A DNA stretch of 64,000 bases from Trypanosoma brucei (taxonomy: Eukaryota), in NCBI GenBank assembly GCA_000002445.1, contig CM000208.1, positions 1,568,001-1,632,000 on the forward strand, written 5' to 3'. Below the pieces are notes generated by a model that was not told the DNA's origin, ran no database searches, and saw only the letters and a list, made by a program, of their open reading frames with translations. A program made the translations under genes and the position numbers. Shown one piece after another: positions 54,801 to 64,000 of this stretch (positions within the stretch are counted from its first letter, which is position 1; each line of letters starts with the position of its first letter).

Positions 54801-57800
54801 TTTCTCCACGACTTTCCCCAATTCACTAAAAGCAAGAAAAAAGTGCATTACGGCCGGTCAGGGAAAGCATTCGGCTCAAACGTACCACAGGGTAGGGGGA
54901 AATAGAGCTAAAATTCCCTCCGTGCCGTAGGCTTGCGGCAAAATCGAGGGAAAGTGCGGATCGAAAAGAATATCGGCTACAAGCTAGCAAAAAAAAACGT
55001 ACCGACGTGCAGGGAGGAGACTGGGGATGCGGCATGTCTACTCGATCTTCACATACTTACAGGCATATGCACACCGTGGGATTCAACCTGAATAGAAAAA
55101 CAGCAAAGGAATGTCAGCCATTTAGACAGTGGGGAATTTTGGGTCCGCTGTCAAGGTCAGTATTAAGCTGCATACTGGTAGACTGGGATCGACTGATTAC
55201 TGCACGATTTACAAGCAGCGGTACACACACATCTAACCGCCAAAACATATTTGCGCATGGGCGGGAATACCGGTTGTACAATTCCCCCTCCAGATTAAGG
55301 ACCACTTTGCCAAGTAAGAACCGACGACCCAGCATAATGTTCCTACAATGAATTTTCAACAATGGTCGGACCAAATAAGTAAGAGTACGCTACACCACCT
55401 TTCAAAACGGTCCACTTTCCAACACACAGAGGAAGAAAAGAGGCATGTGTCTCGAGACGCCCACAGTAAGAGAGAAAGTGTGATACATATAATCCAGAAA
55501 AGTTAATACCACCAAAGATGACTACTAAGGGCAGATAGGTATCCAGATGTGTATCTCGATACCGTTAAGAGTGGCCAATCAACGAAGCAGCATAATCATG
55601 CGGCACATCGGAAGAGAAAAACAGCTAATATATAGGATTCACGGTACTTATCTATGAGAAACAAGCGAGTCAAAATCAATCTAAAGATAATTCGCGCGGC
55701 ACAACATAAACAATCGGTAACGGAAGGGAAATCGCGGTTGCACACACATTCAGAGATTCGTCCGCCCGATTCTCCTCGAGTCGAACAGGAAAAACTCGAG
55801 TCGTTAATCCGAACACTATTGATATACAAAGTGCGTATTTCAACAGTTTCACCGAAAGACAATCATTTTCATAACCCCCATGGGCGTCAACGGCTGGCAC
55901 ACCGATAACGAACCCTTGGCAAACTCGCGAAAAAGAGGTCGGCCGAATTATCCACCAGGCCGTATATCAAAAGGCATTCACAGCCGTGACGCCGACACGA
56001 AACAGGGCAACTGAAACTGGCATAAACTCACACATATATAGTCACTTTAATTACGCCAGTTAGTAAAAATGAATAAACAATGCAACAGTTAACAGTGAGC
56101 ACAAAAGAGTGTATACATAATAATGGCGTGTTGTGCAAGGGCAATGCAACTTAACTAGCGCTACTACACGTGCAGCCATCATAACTCCCTTTTTCGAGAC
56201 GTTTCAGAGCATTTCAACGAAAAACGGCACACGTACATGCACATGAAGATGCGTCTGTTTTAAACAGTAGTAACCTACAGCGTTAAATTCCCCTAGGGAA
56301 GCAAGACGTCATGGCACCACAAGCTGCGGCCGAACGGATGCGCAACACGACATTTATGAGAACTTAAAGTCAGGCGGAAGTAATCCCTGTAAACAAAAGA
56401 GAACACTCGTTGACAAACGCAACAGAAAGGGGAAATTACAAGAAAAAACCACTAACCCAGTTACTGAAAGCGCCCCTTATATGTTTTTTTCCTTTTTTTA
56501 ATGCAACTGCAGGTAGCTTCTCGCAACAGCAAAACGAATACCACATCTCCGCCCATATGCGCAGGTATACATCGACTCCGGTTCAAAACTCTTTGTCGTG
56601 CATGATGGCTCAATACCTTCAGCGGTTGCGTCAAATTGCTTCCACACCAACCAACGACATGTTGATAAACCCGGGTGTGACGCCAACAAACAATCAAGCC
56701 CCGGGTGGTAATGTACCCAGTGCCACCGCGTCTGCAAATAATGACGCCGCTTAAAAAACATGTTAATCCACAAACTTGCCACTGTAAAGGCAAAAGGCTC
56801 ACAATCGCCGCCAGCCTAGAGTCACAACACGACCCGCCAACTCCCCAAACCGTCCAAAAAAAAAAAGATTCGACACAGCAGGGGCCAGTACTACGTAATC
56901 GCGTCCTGCATGACCCTTTCGAGCAACCCCTCGCCCCCGGCTCCGAGATTTTCTGGACAGACGCCCTCAGGCCAGAAACAAGAGGTGCGCACCCCATACC
57001 AATACACCGACGCCCCGTGCCACACCGTGTCACATCATACACTTGCGAAATGCATACTCAACATCATCGCGGGGGGATCTCCAGCGAAAGCTGCCGCTAC
57101 GGGTGTTCCCTCGGTGAAGGGTCCCTCTGGCGTCCCCATCGCTCCAAGTGGTAAAAGCGGCCGAAAATAAATTGACTACAAAGGGGGCCCCGACGTGTAA
57201 CTCGCGCGCCGCCCGAACAAACGCATTTTCGGGCAGCAGTTTATGGGGAAACCTTGTGTAAATAGTACCCCCTTGCTTAGAATCATAACCGCCGACATGC
57301 GGAAACAACTGTGGCCCACGGCGGCTGAACCACTGTGGCGCCTTGCAATGTAGCGGCCTCGACGAACACTAACACGGAGAAGTAGGGAAAAGAATTATGC
57401 AAAAAGCCCCACCCCCACGCTCACTATACACAGAGAAAAGCGGAAGCCCAAAACGCATGCGCCCGCACGCACAGCTCTGAGAACTGCGAATGAAGCCGCG
57501 CGAACGGCCAAACCTTATTTGACTTTCCCTGCTTCCGGACATTATCCTCTCCGATGCTGGGAGCGGGCCCCTTTCCTGGTCCGGTGCTTGTGCGCTCTTC
57601 CTGTCGCAGGCACTACTTGGACCATTCACCGGGACGGCGGGTAGCGGGCAAGCGTTGGGTAAGAAAACTCCTTGACGCAGTGCGAATGGTCCGCCAGACA
57701 CTCTTTCCGGAGGAGACCATGAGCAGGCAACGCTAGCCACCAAGAGGACACTGCTGTGCTCGGGACCCTGTATTGCACAGCTTTTGGGTCAACGGCGTAG

Positions 57801-58766
57801 CGCTGGGACGCCGTTTTCCACTCGTCAGTCCCTGAGGGAAAAATACAACTGCATCGGGCCGTCGGCCAGGACAGATTCGGGTCAGGCACTTACAGTCCAT
57901 CACCCTAAGCTAAATGAGAAGCTCGTACACATGCCTGCGCTGTGTTGCGGAAAATGTTTTTTGTAAATCCGTTGATTGATCGTTTTCACGCAGACAGCAG
58001 TCGAGAAACGTTAGGAGCACATCGCAACAGATGTCGAGCGGGACCCTTTTGGCTCCGGCAGTAAGATCGCGTATTTTATCCCCCTGTGCACGACCATTCC
58101 TTATCTTTTTGACTGTGCTGCTGAGGTACGGCCGACTCAGGTGCAAACGACTATTTATTTATTTTTTTTCGCCGGCGCCGGATGGAGGGGTCACAATGCC
58201 GTCCACAAAACGAGAACACCCAACGGCGGGCACCGCCAGACTGACCAGACTGTTACTGCGCGCGCCAGATAACTTTTGAAATCTCTCCGATATCCACCAT
58301 GCCGAATTCAGTTGTACCGGGTTAAAGGACCCCTACCGCCTTTTTTTGCGGACAAAACTAGAGGGAGCAGCGGCAGTTGCTGCAACTCCGTTGCGTAGAC
58401 TGGAATGCACCTCTCACGTGAAGGAGGTTTCAGCCAAGGTGTGTGTTTTGGCGAGCACAGGGGGAAATTGCGGCAGTCTCTTCCTTAACAGAACCCTCCG
58501 TGGCGCCCCGCTCTCCAGTCCGTAGTGGTGGGGAAGACTTCTTGATCCCGGACGCAGGGGCATGTGAAAGAATTTCTCTTTACGTACATTGTTGTCATTA
58601 CATTTCCTTCACATGGAGAGACCATTTCCGGCACACACGTGTATCGAGTGACACCCTTCAAAGCAGCGTCGACTTACATGTTCTCAGATCACAAAACGCA
58701 GCTGCGACGTCTCGAGAGTGAAAGCGTCCAACAATAAATTAGAGGGCTTGAATGTAAGTACGGGTC

Positions 58767-58768
<2 letters not shown>

Positions 58769-58805
<37 letters not shown>
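58769..58805. repeat. (GT)n dinucleotide microsatellite, ~18 units
   Basis: Direct read: 'gtgtgtgtgtgtgtgtgtgtgtgtgtgtgtgtgtgtg' at 58769-58805. Confidence 0.95.
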
Positions 58806-58806
<1 letters not shown>

Positions 58807-59106
58807 AAACCGCCCTAGAGCCCCCAGTTCTAGGGATAGTTTGTTATGGAATCGTAGCCGTCATCACGGTTGATAGCATGTTATTCTCGGTGCATAGGTG
58901 ACCGCACTTAGTATCGATGTGACTCAGTGAGCCGAGCGTGACTGCGTTGTGTTTTATCGTAAAACTAGTCCTCCTTTGGGCGTAGAAAAGTAAATTTGGC
59001 GTCAGCGTTGCAGTGGGCTTGGTACAGTATTACAATGCGCGTCTGAAAGCAGGGTGGTTTACACGAAAGTTGGGACTCACTCCCTACATTTTCTTTGGTT
59101 TCTGTC

Positions 59107-59126
59107 TTTTTTTTTGGGGGGGGGGG
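59107..59126 (+). repeat. T9-G11 homopolymer junction tract
   Basis: Direct read: 'tttttttttggggggggggg'. Confidence 0.95.
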
Positions 59127-62100
59127 TGAACTGATCAACGTCTCGGGGATATTACACGATTCATAATGGGAACGTTTTCTTAGTCCCTGGTTGAAATTCA
59201 CAAATCCGACAACACAGCAAACTACTTACCACCGCCCCTCCTACAAAAAAAAGACGTTTCAACCAGTGCTGAGGAGAAAAAAGATTTCTGTTTGGCTATG
59301 GCGGGCCGTCACCTTGTTTGTACCATTGACCCACTGGCTGTCTACTTCAAAAACATACACTGCGAAATGTCACCTCAGGAAGGTAGCACCAGTTGTCTCT
59401 TGGCCAATCCATTTCTTGCCCACCCGCCTTCGGAGGAGCGTTGCAATGGAAACCGGAGATATACTGATTAGTCTTTAGGGTTTGACTGAGTTCCAAAGCC
59501 ATAGTTTAGAGTTAGGGTTAGGTGCGAGTTGGTGTACCAGTCCAAATTGCGAACATCATCTTATCTAGTGCAGCGCTTCATTACAGCTGCACCGCGTTTC
59601 CAGTAAACGTGCGTCGCTGCAACACATTGGGTGGCCAATGCCTCTCTACGGTATGGGCACGATGGCTCCCTCCTCTTGCATGTGATAGCGTGTGGGTCAT
59701 CGTTCCTTTGGTCCTATTCCTCAAATGCGGAGCAACCCCTTGGTCACTTTCTTTGAACTGAACTTCAGACTCATCGACTTGTCGAGTCATCCAATCATAA
59801 AAACGCCAGAGCCTCTCCGTGGAACTCCGCGAGCGGTCAGACTCCTCCTGAGTCAGCGTTGGACCCTTCTTGTTGGCCGTCCGGTAGTTTGCGAACAGCC
59901 CCTCTCCACTTGCAATCGGAATCTTTTTTTGGCGTCGCTTGACTGGAGCAAAGGTTCTGTAGGTAGTGCTGCGTTCAGCTTCGTCTCTTGCCCCCATCCC
60001 TCAAGGTTGATTTTTTGTTTTACTCCAGTGAGAAACCAGAACCTGTAGTGGAATGCGAGCGTCACAGTGTGAGACTAAAAAATACCCTTACGTTATACGG
60101 AGCTCTCTCGAACACTACGCCAAGATCTGTTCGAGGCACCATGGGTAGTGTTCGAGAGTCTGGTATTATACACTTTACACAAACAGGGCATATAATTATG
60201 CGGAGATTTCCCTAGTGTTCGATACTATTCAAGATGTGAGAATGCATTTCCTATGGTGACTAAAAGTGTGTTATATCGGCTTAGTTCCCCTGCACATAAT
60301 ATACCATGAGGCGTTATGTACACAATATGGGAAGTGTGGCTACTGTATATGTTATTTGTTAACTCTTCCTTCGAATGAAACTACAGTCACAGCTCTCCTT
60401 CTCACATCATATGTATCTGCTTTACCTCACATTATTACTCTATACCATCGTGTTCTAATGGGAAAAATGATGTGGAATGACGGATTGGGTGAAAAAAGAA
60501 AAGATCAGAAAGGCATGACTATCTCTCTCTATGGTGTGTGGTATACGCTGTTGATGCTTTGAAAGTTCTGCGTCATCACGTGATATCGTATATCCACATG
60601 CTGTGTGCATGTATTCGTGTGATGCATGCTTGGAACAATGGAGAGTGTGACCATGTCAGTTTGTGTTCACCACCGTGCTCTTCATCTGTAGGAGTAGGTA
60701 AAACTAACAACAGATCATCAATATTTCAACGAAGGGAAGACAGGGTCGGTTTTAATCTGCGGCCACCGAGTGTCGGAGCAACGGTGGAGCCCCAACGTAT
60801 CCGTAGTGTTCAACCCCCTCCGTTGCGGTCTCCGCGTCCCCGCTCCTCATTGTTCGGCCGCTTTTGAAGACGCCACGTTGAGACTGGAACCTGTGTCTTG
60901 CCGCTTTTGCTGGAAAGAGGAAGGAAGATCACTGTGGCCACTAACAGTGGAGGGTCGGGTGTCGTGAGATGTGTCTATCTTCCGTTGGGGTTTTCTTCTT
61001 GGGAAAGCGGTTTACCTTAGTGGGCGGCGGTAACCTGTTCTATTTGGAAGGATGTCGTGCAGGGGGTGAGTGAGTTTTCTTGACCAAGTTTACGAATTTG
61101 TTGTGCACCCCTGTTTTATCCCACTGCTTGAAGTGTTTCGGAATAGATGATAGGGAGGATGGTATGGCAAGAAACCTGCCGGGACCTTTACCGTTTCACC
61201 GCTGACTACATGTTCCCACAATTTTCTACCATATCCTTCGGGCGGCATTGCAGTGAGAGTGCCATGTGGGACAGGGGACAGATTGGAACTTGATCTTCCG
61301 GAGGTCTTCGGAGTTATAGAGTGATTGCTTCTCTTCTCCTTTCCTTTGGCGTGACTCTCATACGGAGGCTCTTGGTGAGCAGGATACAATTCGCCTGCTG
61401 ACTTTTTGGTTTATTTTTTTCCATATTTCAGTGTTGCGGGGTCACTTTCGGCACCGTTGGGAATCGAGAAGTGACGTATAAAGGTGTTCGCTTCTGCAGC
61501 AAAAAGTGGTTCCGTTTGGTATTCGTTTGTGGAGACATTTTCCCTCCTTCCCATTTCGGACAACTTTTTGTCCCGGAAGAAGGGCTTTTGGTATTGTCCC
61601 GTCCGATGATCTTTGCCCCGATCGTTCCATCATGAATAATAGCTACAACTGTGTGTGTCTGTACGGCTGTGGATATTTCCGCAGTCCCCAATCGCTTCGG
61701 TCGCTTTTACTCTTTTATAGCACGGTTTAGAGTTGGTAAGCCGGCACCGTTCCATGGAAATAGCACTCATAGACATGATATCGGCGCCCCCTCAGAGCTT
61801 ACGCGGGCATCGAAGAGTATGACTTGATTGTCGCTGTGCGATGCGGATTGGAGGGTCATGTTTCTAACGAGGCAGCACCTCGAGAGGGTCACGCTGCTGC
61901 CTGAACTAATGGCACGCGCATGGCCACATTTTACACGCTCCCATATGCCTTCAATGTTTCACATATTTTCCGCATACCGAAGGACGACGAAATCACTCCC
62001 TCTGCGTGAAGGGACATCTTTATCCCGCTCCAAAGGGTTGGAAGTTGGAGCCGTTAGTGCTTACCTCTGTTCCTGCAGAGTTGGATCGCGGAACTGTTCA

Positions 62101-63596
62101 GTTATCGCTATTTTTCCGTGGGGGAATTTAACGGGGGTAAGGGTGATTTTGAGGGATCCTGCAAGGTGGGTTCTTGCGTGGACAAATTCGCGCGAATCAA
62201 CACTCGAGACACCCATCTCCGGTGACAGGTTTTAGAAGAAGTTTAAGGGTACAATAACAGAGCGTTCATGCATAGCTATGCCTATTTGCTTCATATCCCT
62301 GAGGAAGTGATGCGGCAACACATCCTCGTGGGGGAAGGGACCCAAGGAGTACGAAGGGTTTCGAGTGCCTTTTATTGTTATCGAGGCATATGTCCCACTC
62401 CACTACCAAAACATCCCCGCACAACGACGGGGGCCCTTCGGGTAGTAAGCCGATCTTGCTAACCTTCTCTTTTTTCAATACATACGCGCCCACTTCTCTT
62501 CTCTTCGTGATGGTGTACGTGGGGGCCACCGGAATGGCGCCTGTTATGGCCCTGGAGGTTGCAAAATAAGGAGGGAACACTTTGTATAAAGGGATGGGCA
62601 ACCGGACTCGTTGTAGCAGAAAGTCGGAGGGGTCACACTCAGTTTTCGGCCCGCTGCAGGAACAACGCTTGAGGGGCGAGTCGCTAGGAAGCGTAGCGGT
62701 GAGAGCTTTCCCGTTTCTGGAGGGGTTTTGGAGAGCTGACACCGAGAATGCCGGTAGGTTCGCCTCGGCCGGGACATGACAACTGACACTATTGAATTGA
62801 GTACTTGGAGGGGTGACGGTGTGAAGGTGAGGTATCAACCGATGGAGGTCGCGCGTCCCAGCGTCCCAGGTGGCCGTCAACCTGGAACTGACAGGCCCTG
62901 TGCCTGGGCTTTTGCCGAGCTGCTCGTCTGACAGAAAGGGAAGCTGCGTCAATACTGAGGCCCTTGTCGCTGTGTTTGATGTTTTGTCGCAGATGCTGCT
63001 TTTTGTTTTATTTTTCCCCCATGGGGACTCCAAATTGAGTTAGAGCGGCGCCTGCTACAAAGAGATTTGGTCGTTTTTCGTGATAAAGTTAGGGCTCTGC
63101 TCGGTGCATTTTTTTAAAAAAAATTCTAGGAGGCAAGGGTCCTGGGCGCGGGGGCGGGGACACCACTACGTGGGCTGCAGCATGTGGACTCTGCCGGCCC
63201 CTTTTCTTTTCACCGAAACGCTAGCTGACCTATGCTCGCCGCGCACGTCCAAGGTGCCATGGAAGTACCCCCTCAGTTGTTTGCCCGGAAAGTGATGAGG
63301 GAGCAGCCGGCCATTACTAATCCGTGGGCTGCCGGTGGGACATCAGGAAGGTGATATTGCTGCCGGTTTTGTAAAGAGCAAGGTGAGACCGGCGCATCCC
63401 GACATCTCTTTGAGAGTGCCACAGCCCATCGCTAGAGAAGGCAGCGGTTTGCAGTACGCTGTTGGGGTGCGCGCCTGTCTGAGGACTTCCCTAATGTAAA
63501 CATGTTGTGGCTGCCTCTTTGGGCATGAGCGTCTTAGGTGCGATTGTTTTTTCCTACGTTTCGCGGTCGTCACAGTGGTAGGTGGTAGACTGCATG

Positions 63597-63624
63597 TTTT
63601 TTTTTTTTTTTGGGGGGGGGGGGG
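63597..63624 (+). repeat. T15-G13 homopolymer junction tract
   Basis: Direct read: 'tttttttttttttttggggggggggggg'. Confidence 0.95.
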
Positions 63625-64000
63625 TGATTATCTATGCCTCTCCTCGTTTTAGGTGCGAGCATCAGCAGCGCCGGCGGACGTGTTCTTGACTCCTAGTGGG
63701 CGCGTAAAAGACGGTTTGTTTCGAGTTGTTCGGTCCACGCGGCCTGGAGCTACGTTGGCGGAAGTGGGTGGGTTCCTCCTTGTCGTATGCTCGGACAGTC
63801 CTAGCGATAAGACCGCGGGAAGGGACTTCTGTCGCGTGTGGGTGATCTGGGTTTATCGCTGTTGCTCAATGGAGCTTTTTTTAAAGGCCTCCCAAGAGGG
63901 TCCTTTTACTCTGTACTGTTCAACGTTGGCGCCCACTCGCTTAGTATTCACAGTCTTCGTGAGAAGAGGTTGGTTGCGGATACTGTAGAATGGCATCCGG

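Larger units (their letters stand above)
51850..64000. other. ~12-kb protein-coding-free region with a strand-compositional switch: putative divergent strand-switch / Pol II initiation region, possibly containing ncRNA or retroelement relics
   Basis: No ORF of 150 aa or more with an ATG occurs in any frame. The 255-codon ORF at 62266-63033 contains no ATG at all. Plus-strand base composition is A-rich at 51.9-56.4 kb, as in the minus-transcribed spacers. It is ~55-60% GC at 56.4-58.7 kb. It is T/G-rich from 58.7 kb on, with polypyrimidine runs now on the plus strand. Confidence 0.5.

Noticed and set aside
52000-56400. Searched the A-rich upstream region for tRNA, snRNA, SL RNA, 5S or retroelement (ingi/RIME poly-A end) signatures
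   Set aside because: No box A/B tRNA-like pairs were recognisable. There is no SL exon sequence ('aacgctattattagaacagtttctgtactatattg'), no U6-like 'agaagattagca', and no long poly(A)/poly(T) retroposon tail. Absence by eye is not proof, so this is flagged for computational search instead.
60266-60967. Three consecutive overlapping plus-strand ORFs (frames 2/1/2) that might suggest a frameshifted pseudogene
   Set aside because: The translations ('MCYIGLVPLHIIYHEALCTQYGKCGYCICY...', 'MVYAVDALKVLRHHVISYIHMLCACIRVMHA...') have no recognisable similarity and are Cys/His/Tyr-rich, typical of T/G-rich non-coding DNA. They are not callable as a pseudogene.
62266-63033. 255-codon minus-strand ORF, the longest in the gene desert
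   Set aside because: Its first codon is TTG and there is not a single ATG in the whole frame. The translated sequence is compositionally odd (P/S/T/G-rich) with no domain. It is not a plausible trypanosome CDS.

Overview
This 64-kb window looks like a nuclear chromosomal segment from a Trypanosoma brucei-group kinetoplastid. That is inferred from protein identities read from the ORF translations and from genome architecture; no search was run. The recognisable products are trypanin/GAS8, mitochondrial HSP60 with a GGM-repeat tail, major vault protein, RPL37a and an XRN exoribonuclease. From about 2.4 kb to 51.85 kb, 20 protein-coding genes lie head-to-tail on the minus strand with no introns. 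They are separated by 0.3-1.8 kb spacers that are purine-rich on the plus strand (pyrimidine-rich on the coding strand) and contain (TA)n and (CA)n microsatellites. This is a single polycistronic transcription unit read right-to-left.

Gene order, right to left:
- MutS homolog MSH6-like (MSH8-type)
- HSP60
- multi-pass TM protein
- RNF5-like RING E3
- RPL37a
- coiled-coil protein
- trypanin/GAS8
- RS-rich protein
- 1594-aa helical/low-complexity protein
- NOC3-like nucleolar protein
- major vault protein
- mitochondrial uS5
- DDX47/Rrp3 helicase
- NTAQ1 N-terminal glutamine amidohydrolase
- DDX18/Has1 helicase
- Ser-rich TM protein
- CAAX-box Ras-like GTPase
- MORN-repeat protein
- compact XRN 5'-3' exoribonuclease
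- TPR protein

Several N-termini in the supplied ORF track begin at GTG/TTG codons translated as M. I checked the start codons on the sequence and moved those starts to the first real ATG.

The most unusual part is the last ~12 kb (51.85-64 kb). No credible protein-coding ORF occurs there in any frame. Plus-strand composition switches from A/purine-rich (51.9-56.4 kb) through a 2.3-kb GC-rich island (56.4-58.7 kb) to T/G-rich (58.7-64 kb). The T/G-rich part carries a (GT)18 microsatellite and two T(9-15)G(11-13) homopolymer junction tracts. I interpret this as a divergent strand-switch, RNA polymerase II initiation-type region upstream of the MSH gene. It may carry non-coding RNA or a degenerate retroelement.

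No tRNA, rRNA, SL-RNA or CRISPR features could be supported.
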